From positions 70,246,001-70,310,000 of the forward strand of contig NC_043006.1 in NCBI RefSeq assembly GCF_006345805.1: DNA of 64,000 nucleotides, written 5' to 3'. The stretch is from Octopus sinensis (taxonomy: Eukaryota). Each line of letters starts with the position of its first letter. Within the stretch, counting starts at the first letter, position 1. Of this stretch, positions 51,585 through 64,000 are shown piece by piece. Made by a program: the position numbers and the translations under genes. Under the pieces are notes generated by a model, which searched no databases, was not told where the DNA came from, and worked only from the letters and a program-made list of their open reading frames with translations.

Positions 51585-52857
51585 TCTCTTATTATAAAAG
51601 GCAGATTTTATCTGCCTCCCTTTGGGAGTTATAGAAATCTACAATATAGGATTTCTTCAATTACAATTTACCTAGCAATTTTAAGAGTACAATGCATCGC
51701 GTCATGCCAGGTCCAGTTTTTAAAATTTAAACTCCAATTAAGCAAAATTTACAGAAAACTCACATTCTGGTGTGTGTGTCAAACGCTTTTCTTAGTCTGG
51801 TTTACACCACACGCAAACGCACACACACACAAAGGGAGCGAATTGTTTCACTGACGCTATCACCTTTCTCCTCCTTTGTCTTTGCAAGTTGGCAGCTATT
51901 AAAGTGAAAACAGTGAATCCGACAGCGATTAAGAACACGAATTAGCACCTGAATGGAGTGAAAATTTAAAAACTGTTCTTTCGGTGATTTTTCTGAAGAA
52001 ACTGCACCAAGCCACAGACTTTCCCAGAAGAGTAAAGCCTTACACTATTTCTATTTACTTTTTCGAATGAGCCCATTTGAAATCATTACGGCAGAAACGA
52101 ACTGTTACGCTAAACGTAAACAAAACGAAAGAAACGATAGTTTGTTATTTCCCACAACCTTAAATGAAATTAAGGCCTATTTTACCATAAATATTATTAT
52201 GGGTATCAGAAAGTTACCCAGAATAACAAATTCTATCGTAAAATTTTGTTGTATACCCAATTGAATATTAGCTAATAACCCATTTTCTATAGCGATGTTT
52301 GAACAAAATTTTAATAATTTTACAGAAAGTTACCCAGAATAACAAATTCTATCGTAAAATTTTGTTGTATACCCAATTGAATATTAGCTAATAACCCATT
52401 TTCTATAGCGATGTTTGAACAAAATTTTAATAATTTTACAGAATGTTACCCAGAATAACAAATTCTATCGTAAAATTTTGTTGTATACCCAATTGAATAT
52501 TAGCTAATAACCCATTTTCTATAGCGATGTTTGAACAAAATTTTAATAATTTTACAGAAAGTTACCCAGAATAACAAACGAGCCTTCAGGGTATTAGCGC
52601 GCGTCTACGATGAGTCTACGATTTAAAAAAAAATTACGATCATATTTTTCCATTTTAATGCATTTTTTTCGCTTTTATATAAGGGAAGTAACTCTCTAAA
52701 AATATCTACGATGTGTCAACGATTTAAAGAAAAATTTACCTTAATTTTTTTTCAATTTTTAATGCATTTTTTTGCTATTTTTTGGCTATAACTCTCTAAA
52801 AATGCTTATATAGTTATTTCCCTTACAAACCCGAGCAACGCCGGGCGATACTGCTAG
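51585..52857 (+). mobile_element. Complete non-autonomous Helitron carrying a piggyBac transposase fragment and 116-bp repeats
   Basis: A|TC start, hairpin at 52830-52845, CTAG|T end. Confidence 0.82.
51990..52225 (+). pseudogene. piggyBac-like transposase N-terminal fragment inside the Helitron
   Basis: AL(D/H)YFYLLF...FEIITAETNCYA...PTTLNEIKAYF..NIIMGIRKLPRI. Confidence 0.7.
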
Positions 52858-52902
52858 TACATATATATATATACACGTACATAGATAAACACATATAAAC
52901 CC

Positions 52903-53106
<204 letters not shown>

Positions 53107-53719
53107 TCCAATTCATACATGCATGCATGTATACATGCATACATACATACATACATACATACATACATACATACATACATACATACATACATACATACAT
53201 ACATACATACATACATACATACATACATACATACAGAGAAAGAAGATAGTCATGGACGACTGCTTCAAAGCCTGTAGCTTCTGTATCTGGATTACAAATT
53301 TACATTTATACCAATAATAATTTGAGTGCTAGGTTTTGTAAGCAAATGCTTGACTAGCTGTCTGGATAAGCTTGGGTTTTCAGAAAAGGTAATCAACCAA
53401 CTGATTCGCACATTAGAAATACAATCTATAAGAGGAAAAGTAAAACAATACAAAACTTTTCTCTGGTTTAAAATGTGACATTGCCTTCGTTATTCACATT
53501 CCAATGATGGAGTTTTGTATCTTTGTTACAACCCAGCTCCTTATTCAGAGGAAGAATGTAAATGATTAAATACAGAAAAAAAACATACGTACGTACGTAC
53601 ATACATACATACATACATACATACACATACATACAACATACATACATACAATACATACATACATACATAGCCACTCATAGTAAAAAGGAATATTGATGGA
53701 ATGTCCCAGTGAAGACCTC

Positions 53720-54050
53720 AATAAAATGTGAGCGCAACAGACCTGATATAATGATTTGAAACTGTGCATAGTCGTGGAAATTAGCTGCCCACTGGATGTT
53801 AACATAAAGCTGAAGATCAGTGAAAAAGAGTAAACCTATGCTGAACTATTGAGAAATCTGCAGTTACTCTATCCAGATTACAAGTTCAGGTTTATACCTA
53901 TAATTATTGGGGCCCTAGGATATGTAGCAGTCTTGAGAAATTAGGCTTCTCAACACCAGAAAGGAGGAAGCTAATTCGAAGACTACAGATCCAGTTCATC
54001 ACTGGAACTGTAAAAATCTGTAAAACTTTCCAGAAGTTTATCATTTAAAT
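53720..54050 (+). mobile_element. REL-endonuclease LINE C-terminal fragment; related pieces at 53290-53470 and 63215-63375
   Basis: VVEISCP...EKE.TY..L...FIPIIIGALG motifs. Confidence 0.7.
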
Positions 54051-54712
54051 ATATATGAGCATGTCTAGATATGCAACTAGATGCATGAGAATTCATACAT
54101 AAAACATACAAATCTATAATACATACATACATACAGACAGACAGACATGCATGCATGCATACATACATACATATATACATACAAAAATACTCTGTTGGTG
54201 ATGTTGAAATTCGTATGAAGAAGCCTTGGATCTAGATTAGAAACCGGTTCATTCTCTAGTGGCAAGAAATCTTGAAACAAACTGAATAATGACATACATA
54301 CATACAGTGGAAGCACTCCGTCGGTTACGACGACGAGGGTTCCGGTTGATCCGAATAAACGGAACAGCCTGCTCGTGAAATTAACGTGTAAGTGGCTGAG
54401 CACTCCACAGACACGTGCACCCTTAACGTAGTTCTCGGGGATATTCAGCGTGACACAGAGAGTGACAAGGCCGGCCCCTTGAAATACAGGTACAACAGAA
54501 ACAGGAAGTAAGAGTGAGAGAAAGTTGTGGTGAAAGAGTACAGCAGGGATCACCACAGCTTTGTAGGTGTTTTCGCTCAATAAACACTCACAACGCCCGG
54601 TCTGGGAATCGAAACCGCGATCCTATGACCGCGAGTCCGCTGCCCTAACCACTGGGCCATTGCGCCTCCACCTACATACATACATACATACATATATAAG
54701 AAATACCCTTAC

Positions 54713-54785
54713 TTTGCGGCGTCCAGCTTGCAAATGCTGCCGTAGCCAATAGCAAAAACAACGGTATATAAGTCAATTGATGCAT
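54713..54785 (-). CDS. Same gene: first coding exon, signal peptide MHQLTYIPLFLLLATAAFA-SWTPQ
   Basis: ATG, hydrophobic core and AFA cleavage motif; GTAAGG donor in phase 1, matching the CTLD exon. Confidence 0.72.
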
Positions 54786-55353
54786 TGCTGTGGGTTATTG
54801 TTGTTGAAGTTGTTGTTGCTGTTATTCCGCTTGTTGTTGTTGTTACGGGTGCTAAAACATCCGGAGGGTTCTACTTCTTCGCCTTGTTCATTGTTTGTGA
54901 CATCTCAGTCTCGTTGATACAATAACGTCCTTCAGACTACCGTACAGCGTCGTCGTCGTCGCGGCGGCGGCGGCGGCGGCGGCGGTTTCGATTGGAAATC
55001 GATTTGGTTAATTGGCTTTCATCATTTCTGACACCGCTGTTCACTTTGTACCAGTTCACTTTGTTGTTATTTATGTTGTTTTTGTTTAGCTCTTGGTCAG
55101 ATAACACTGACAATAGTGGTGGTGGTGGTGGTGGTGGTGGTGGCGGCGTGGGTTTGGTGACGGTGGTGGTGGTGGTGGTGGTGGTGGTGGTGGTGGTGGT
55201 GGTAGTGGTGGCGTGGGTTTGGTGGCGGTGGTGGTGGTGGTGGTGGTGGTGGTGGTGGTAGTGGTGTGGTGGAGATAAGGATGGTGGTGATTGTGGTTGC
55301 TCAAGTTTTAATGAAAGTGATAGAAAAGTTTCACATTACATTCGATATATATA

Positions 55354-55393
<40 letters not shown>

Positions 55394-55796
55394 CGCAGGA
55401 GTGGCTGTGTGGTAAGTAGCTAGCTTACCAACCGGGTTCAGTCCCACGGCGTGACATATTGGGTAAGTGTCTTCTACTATAGCCTCGGGCCGACCAAAGT
55501 GTTGTGATTAGGTAGACGGAAACTGAAAGAAGCCCGTCGTATATGTATACATGTGTGTGTGTGTGTGTCTGTGTGTGTACCTTTGTGTGTCTGTGTTTGT
55601 CCCCCACCATCGCTCGACAACCGATGATGGTGTGTTTACGTCCCAGTAACTTAGCAATTCAGCAAGAAGAGACCGATAGAATAAGTACTAGGTTTAAAAG
55701 AATAAGTCCTGATGAGTAAGAGTATATAATATATAATATAATATATTATATATAGATATATATATATATATAGATATATATATATATATATATATA

Positions 55797-56129
55797 TAGG
55801 GTGATTCAAACGTCGCATCTTTTTTAAGGAACAGTTTATAAGAACAGTTTTTTTCTCTTTAACAGCCTCTATATGGTTACCATTGTTTTGAATACACATT
55901 GCAATACGTTTACTCCACTCATTGTGAACTTGTAATAGCACATCTGCTATTGGTGATGCTTTCCTTCAGATGTTTTGTCTTTTATCTTTCCGCGATACAC
56001 CATGCCGTTCGAATGCCCCTAAAGATAGAAATCAAGAGAGGTCAGATCAAGGAATCTAGGGAATCTTATAAACTGTTTCTTATAAAATATAAATTTTTCC
56101 CATGTACGGAGACTTTTGAATCACCCTGT
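55797..56129. mobile_element. Internally deleted Tc1/mariner-type element
   Basis: AGGGTGATTCAAA / TTTGAATCACCCT termini in TA context; transposase C-terminal remnant on - strand. Confidence 0.7.
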
Positions 56130-56132
56130 ATG

Positions 56133-56186
<54 letters not shown>

Positions 56187-56234
56187 ATATATATATATAT
56201 ATATATATCATATATATATATATATACATATAAT

Positions 56235-56276
<42 letters not shown>

Positions 56277-56308
56277 TTATATATATATATTATATATATA
56301 TAGATAGT

Positions 56309-56343
<35 letters not shown>

Positions 56344-56989
56344 GAGGGATAGCTAGAAGAGAGATAGATAGATAGATTAGATAGATAGATTAGATTATAT
56401 TAAATTAGAGACAAAACCACTATTATGCAAGCCAATATATATATATGCATATCCGGAAGCGTGCGTGTGCAGTAAGTAGCTTGCTTACCAACCATTTGGT
56501 TCCGGGTTCAGTCTTACTGCGTGGCACCTTGGACAAATATCTTATACTATAGCCTCGGGCCGACCAAAGCCTTGTGAGCGGATTTGATAGATGGAAACTG
56601 AAAGAGACCTGTCGTATATGTATGTGTGCGTGTGTGCGTGAGGGTAAATTTGTTTGTGTGTCTGTGTTTGTACCCGTACCATCGCTTGACAACCGATGTT
56701 TGTGTGTTTACGTTGCCCGTAACTCAGCGGTTCGGCAAAAAGTGACCGATAGAATAAGTACTGGGCTTACAAAGAATAAGTCCTGGAGTCGATTTGTTCG
56801 ATTAAAGGCGGTGCTCCAGCATCGCCGCGGTCAAATGACTGAAACAAATAAAAGAATATATATATGTACAGTGTGCGATGAGTAAATAGTCCACATTTTA
56901 TATTTTTTATTTCGCACGTGTCATGGTTTGTTTTTGATTTTGTCGACTACACAATATAGGAGGGTCAGTTGGGCACCGTCTCTGAGAAA

Positions 56990-57748
56990 AACAGCACCAT
57001 GACGCAATTCACTCTGCCAGAAACTTGGACACGACATGCTGTACTGCTTGGCATTCGCGCCGGAAGATTCAATACGAACATTTGAGAGTGTTTGGGTGTC
57101 AATCTGGGGACATGAAGCGAGAGTGATAAAAATCAAACATCCAGTCAACATCATGGTGTTTGGAGAGATCACTAGTGATGGCGTCGTTACGGCTCCATTT
57201 ATCTTCCCACACGGCCTCTGACTCAACACGGAGGCCTACATCAAGTACCTGGAGGAGGAGGTGCTGCCTTGGGTCAAGAGAGTGGCTACAGGAAGACCCA
57301 ATGTCTGACAACAGGACTCTGCACCATACCACACAAGCAGGAGAACCCAGTCATGGCTGTCATGCTGTCAGGGAATTCTTGTGACCACATCACCCCGAGC
57401 ATCTGACCACTTAACTCTCTAGACAGCAACTCCCTTCATTATTATGTTTGGGGCACAGTTGGGCGAGAGATCAACAAAACTCCTTGTACCACCAAAGATG
57501 AACTGAAGGCAAGGGTTATGGCAGTATTCACCAACTTAAACAAGGAGACTTTCCAGAAGAGTTGCAGGAAATTCCGAAGTCGTCTGGAGGCCGTGGTTGA
57601 AGCTAATGGCGATTTCATTGAAAATATGTACTCTTTAGTATTTCAATGCAATTTTATGCAATTTTCGTAAATATGTGTTAAAGTGAGATATCACTGTTAT
57701 TTTCATTTAAACAGATATTAGACTACAGTTTATTCATCGTACCCTGTG
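56990..57748 (+). mobile_element. Degenerate Tc1/mariner-superfamily transposase fragment
   Basis: KHPVNIMVFG, QQDSAP.H and DELKA...CRKFRSRLEAVVEANGDFIE. Confidence 0.78.
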
Positions 57749-57791
57749 TATTATATATATAGATATATATATATATATATATACATATATA

Positions 57792-57822
<31 letters not shown>

Positions 57823-58644
57823 TATATATATATATATATACATACATGAACGCATGCATGCATACGTTAATACATACATACATACAAAATGCTTCAATAT
57901 ATATACATGCATACATACACACACACACACACACTACGTATATATAAATGTTTGTGTGTATTTATATATATATATGCCCTGCGTAAGTGTATATGTATGT
58001 GTGTGTGTATGCATGTATGCATGCGTGCGTTTTGTGAGTCCGTATGTACATACACACACACACACACACACACACATACATAGCGGTGCATCGTCAATAT
58101 ATAGAGATATAAAATCAATTATAGATTTAATGGTATTTAATTACCTTCTTGAATATATCTACGTGTATGTATGTATGTATGTATGTATGTATGTATGTAT
58201 GTATGTATGTATGTATGTGCGTACGTATGTATGGATGGATGTATGTATGTGTGTGTGTGAGTATGTATGTATGTATAAATATGTATGCATGTATCTATGT
58301 ATCTATGTACACATGTATTCATGCATGCACGCATGTATGTATGGATGCATAAATATATGCATGTATATATGTAGCTATGTATGTATACAAGTAGCTATGT
58401 GTGTATGTATGTATCTATGTAACTATGTATTTATGTATGTATTTATGTATGTATGTATGTAGCTATGTATGTATGTATCATGTATGCACATATGTATCTA
58501 TGTATGAATGTAGCCATGCATGTATGTATGTAGCTGTGCATGTATCCATGTATGTATCTATATTTGTATATATGCATATATGTATCTATGTATGTATCTA
58601 TCTATCTATATATCCATATATGTATGTATCAATGTATGTACGCA

Positions 58645-58688
<44 letters not shown>

Positions 58689-58956
58689 ATGTATGTATGT
58701 ATGTATGTATGTATGTATGTATGTATGTATGTATGTATGTAGCTGTATATGTATGTATGTATGTATGTATGTATGCATGTATGCATCTATGTATAAAGGC
58801 TGTTAGGTCGATATGTAGATAGATAGGTACGTATGTTCTTCGGCAGGCTGGTATCAAGGGCAAATGTATCGTATCGTAGCGTCTGACCGATTAAAGCCTT
58901 CTGAGCGGACTTGGTAGAAGGAAACTAACTGAAGTCCATCATATATATGTATAAAT

Positions 58957-59015
<59 letters not shown>

Positions 59016-59504
59016 TGTGTGTGTGTGAATGTGTGTGTGTAGGTATGTATGAAACAATAAAAATACATATAGATTGTTGGATGTAGTTAAAATGTTACCT
59101 CATATATATATATATATATATACATAGGAGGAGCACTCCGTCGGTTACGACGACGAGGGTTCCGGCTGATACGATCAACGGAACAATTTGCTCGTGAAAT
59201 TAACGTGCAAGTGGCTGAGCACTCCACAGACACGTGCACCCATAACGTAGTTCTCAGGGAGATTCAGTGTGACACACAGGCACAACTCATTTTCCCCTGG
59301 TGAGTGGACTGGAGCAACGTGAAATAAAGTGTCTTGAATAAAGTGTCTTGCTCAAGGACACAATGCGTCGTTGGGAATTGAACCCACTACCTTACGATCA
59401 TCAGCCGAGTGCCCTAACCACTGAGCCACGCGCCTCCACATACATACATACAAACACATATATATGTATGTATATACAGACACACACACACACACACACA
59501 CATA

Positions 59505-59561
<57 letters not shown>

Positions 59562-60033
59562 TGCACCACGCTCGCGGGTACCGACTATTTCTCCTGTTCG
59601 TATCTGGGGCTGGCGCGCGTCTTTGGGTTCTCCCACGCCTGTCGCCGCGGGACCACTCTTCCATCTTTCTCTCAGCTGCAGTTTTTTTTTCTTTAATACC
59701 CCCCTTTGTTTTGTACATACACACACCCACCCACACACACACTTTTGCATACACACACGCACACACATACACACACCCACTCATAACACACCACATGCAT
59801 ATACATATACATTACACTTACACACACGTCAAAATTACTTGCCATACATACAACTACGCACACTGGACAACACACACTACCACTCAACACCACACACTGG
59901 CACGTTACATACGCCCCCACCTTTCCCTCCTTCCCTTTTCCTCCCTATTCCTATCTTATATCCTATATAATATGTATATATATATTATTTATATATATAT
60001 TTTATAGATATATATATTATATATATATATATA

Positions 60034-60077
<44 letters not shown>

Positions 60078-60433
60078 CGCATACATACACACACATACGC
60101 ACACACATATACAGAGGCTGAACAAAATAATGGAAACACCTTAAAATTTCAAACAAATTTATTTTAATATGGGGTAGGACCGCTTTAGACAGTAATTACA
60201 GCTTGAATTCTACGAGGATGGGCTCGTACAAAGTTTGCATTGTTTCCAAAGGAATTTTTGTCCATTCTTCAGCTAAGACAGTTTCCAGGTCTTGTACTGA
60301 TGATGGTGGAGGATATCAACTCCTAACTTGTCTTTCTAAAATGCACCATAAATGTTCAATAATATTGAGATCTGAGGACTGTGGTGGCTAGATATGATGT
60401 TCGACTTCACTAAAATGTTCCACTGCCATTCAG

Positions 60434-60533
60434 NNNNNNNNNNNNNNNNNNNNNNNNNNNNNNNNNNNNNNNNNNNNNNNNNNNNNNNNNNNNNNNNNNN
60501 NNNNNNNNNNNNNNNNNNNNNNNNNNNNNNNNN
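60434..60533. other. Assembly gap (100 N)
   Basis: Run of n. Confidence 0.99.
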
Positions 60534-61091
60534 TGTCTGGAGTAAAGTATGGCTAAACTTGGGATCTTGGTGATCTTATACCACAAATGATCGAATTATC
60601 TGGGACTATAGAAATCTGCAAGATTTTCTGAAGATTTAAAGAGATAGAAATAACGAAACATTTTTTCTGTGTACGTAAGATCTTTTATCTTCTATTTTTT
60701 ATTTGCTTCGGTCATTAGACTGCGGCCATGCAAGGGGCACCGCTTTTGAAGAATTTCAGTCGAACGAATCCACCCCGGTACATTTTGAAAGCCTGGTACT
60801 TATTCTATCGGTCTCTTTTGCTGAACCGCTAAGTTACGGGGACGTAAACATACCAACACCGGTTGCCAAGCGGTGGCGAGGAACAAACACAGGCATAAAG
60901 ACACCTAAACACACACACACAACACACACACACACATATATATATATTAATATTATAACTAAGGGTATCTAAAAGATACCATCATGCTAGAGATAGCAGT
61001 CAAAACTTGACAGTAAAACCACATCAAATATTCATACAGCACCAGGAGAGAAGACAAAGAAACAAAATAAACTAGCAAAAATTATTGGATA

Positions 61092-61149
61092 ATTCCAGAT
61101 CCCGGATTTCTAGCTTTGCATAAGAAATTCTTTGCCTCATCAGTGGAAT
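61092..61149 (-). ncRNA. Type-I hammerhead-like motif
   Basis: AUUCCA-CUGAUGA-(imperfect stem II)-GAAA-UCCGGGA-UC-UGGAAU; 6-bp stem I, intact core. Confidence 0.5.
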
Positions 61150-61364
61150 ATACATAAATACAAATATATACATATATACAACATACGAATACTTACATAT
61201 ACGCACATATACACACATATATAAGTACGTATGCACACAACCAGTTTAAATTGCCTGTCTACACTCCAAGTGCTATATGGTCAAAATACCACCGCAGTGA
61301 ATATAATGACGAAGTAAATATATAAATTAACCCTAACCCTAATTATATATTTACTTCATCATTA

Positions 61365-61439
<75 letters not shown>

Positions 61440-61619
61440 TGCAGGAGTGGCTGTATGATAAGATGCTTGCTTACCAGCCACATGGATCCAGGTTCAGTCT
61501 CACTGCGTGGCACTTTCGGCAAGTGTCTTCGACTATAGCCTCGGGCCGACCAAAGCCTTGTGAGTGGATTTGGTAGACGGAAACTGAAAGAAGCCCGTCG
61601 TATATGTGTGTGTGTGTGT

Positions 61620-61651
<32 letters not shown>

Positions 61652-62131
61652 CGTGTGTCTGTGTTTGTCCCCCCAACATCGCTTGACAACCGAGGCTGCT
61701 GTGTTTGCGTCCCCGTAACTTAGCGGTTCGGCAAAAGAGACCGATAGAATAAGTACTAGGCTTACAAAGAAGAAGTCCCGAGGTCGATTTGCCCGATTAA
61801 AGGCGGTGCTCCAGCATGACCGCAGTCAAATCACTGAAACAAGTAAAAGAGAGAGTATATATATATATATATACGACGGGCTTCTTTCAGTCTCCATCCA
61901 CCAAATCCCCTCACAAGGCTTTGGCCAGCTCGAGGTGATATAGTAAAAGACACTTCCCCAAGATGTCATGCAGTGGGAACCGAATCCAGAACCATGTGGC
62001 AGGGAGGCAAGCTTCTTTCCACGCAGCCACACCTTCACCTATGAGATGAGGAAAGAAAATTGAACCAAAACCGTAATCGATATTGTGCCTAAGCGAAACC
62101 GCGCAAAGCCAGTACCGTGTGAGTATAAGTG

Positions 62132-62261
<130 letters not shown>

Positions 62262-62825
62262 CCAATAAAGTTGCCGAGTAATGTATTCTGTTCAAGTCCG
62301 TTCATGATTAGCGCATTCCTTTCTCATATACCGTTGCATATAACATAGTACTTATACACACACGTATGTACACGATTATATCTATACACACTTTTGCACT
62401 TACTACATTAGGTACATTTTATATCTCCAACAAAAACCTGTAAATTATGCAAAAATCAAGATAGAAATCTACTTGCCCATATATCTACTAATTTATTTAT
62501 AATGATTCATCATACAGGGTCATCAGATATTTTGAAAACCCATTTAAGATGTATCAGTTGTTAAGCTTAGAATATTGGCGTCGCTGCGAAAAGAAAACGA
62601 TATGATTAATTAGCAAGTTTTATCAGAGAAAGCGGGACCAAACTAATTCTTTTATCTTCTTAGACCTCGATAAAATTGTATGTTCATAAAAAAGAGAACT
62701 TGCATTAAAATATACAAGCAAGTACATATATGCACACATACATACATACATACATACATACATACATACATACATACATACATACATACACACATACATA
62801 CATACATACATACATACATACAACA

Positions 62826-62856
<31 letters not shown>

Positions 62857-63613
62857 CTTTTTGAAAATCAAAGAAAAAGAGGATATCTATGGACAAACTG
62901 CTTCGAAACCCCTTGCTTCTATATCCAGATTATGAATTCATATTCATACCAATGTGGAAGCGCGTGGCTTAGTGGTTAGGGTGTCAGCATCATGATCGTA
63001 AGATTGTGGTTTCGATTCCTAGATCGGGCGACGCGTTGCGTTCTTGAGCAAAACACTTCATTTCACGCTGCTCCAGTCCACTCGGCTGGCAAAAATGACT
63101 AACGCTGCGATGGACTGGCGTCCCGTCCAGCTGGGGAAAACATACGCCATTGAAACGTGGAAACCGGGCCCATGAGTCTGGCCAGGCTTTAAAAGGGCGC
63201 ATTTATTTATATTTATTCATACCAATAATAATTGGAGCACTAGGTTTTGTTAGTAAATGCTTAAAAGAGAATCTAGATAAACTAGGATTTTCGGAAGAAT
63301 ATATTGACCAGCTAATTCGTACATTACAAGTGCAATCTGTGAGTGGAACAGTAAAGATATGAAAGACTTTTCACAAGTTCCAAATGTGAATTTATCTCTT
63401 TTACTTGTTTCAGTCATTTGACTGCGGCCATGCTGGAGCACCGCCTTTAATTTAACAAATCGACCCCAGGACTTATTCTTTGTAAGCCTAGTACTTATTC
63501 AATCGGTCTCTTTTGCCGAACCGCAAATTGACAGGGACGTAAACACACCACCATCGGTTGTCAAGAGATGTTGGGGGACAAACACAGACACACACACATA
63601 TACACACCCATGC

Positions 63614-63666
<53 letters not shown>

Positions 63667-64000
63667 GACGGGCTTCTTTCAGTTTCCGTCTACCAGATCC
63701 ACTCACAAGGCTTTGGGTGGCCCGAAGCTATAGTAGAAGACACTTGCCCAAGGTGCCACCATGTGATTGGTAAGCAAGCTACTTACCACACAGCCACTCC
63801 TGCGCCTAGCTACTTGCCACACAGCCACTCCTGTTAACTACATCCCAAAGATGGAGCCTTGTATCTTTGTTGGAAACCGGGGTCCCTCGTCAGTGGAAGA
63901 TTTATAATACTTAAAAAATAGAAGAGACATACATATACATACATACATATATACAGTGCCGGATTTAGGACAAATAAGACCCTGTGCTAGTTAAATTGTG

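Overview
Eukaryotic, repeat-dense animal DNA. The SINE families and abundant microsatellites point to an Octopus-type cephalopod genome (inference). Two host genes converge. (1) Enkurin (ENKUR) is on + strand with three phase-compatible coding exons (5029-5153, 6864-7129, 10570-10908); exon 1 was not found in the window. (2) A predicted secreted protein gene is on - strand over about 33 kb (54785 to 21545): signal peptide, a C-type lectin domain split over two exons, an unrecognised middle region and a C-terminal PAN/apple domain. The rest is transposons: three tRNA-derived SINE families, R4/Dong-type and RTE LINE fragments, Penelope-like (PLE) RT and GIY-YIG fragments, Tc1/mariner remnants and a very young LTR element (24853-28977) with a 624-codon pol-derived ORF lacking the RT catalytic core. 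Non-autonomous Helitrons captured a piggyBac fragment and seeded a 116-bp satellite. The most striking signal is a set of minimal type-I hammerhead-ribozyme-like motifs in PLE-type termini, in several sequence families. One family has a G3-C8 compensatory core, one has a CUGUCGA core, and one sits in a tRNA-headed SINE-like element. All calls are by eye; no database searches or folding programs were run.
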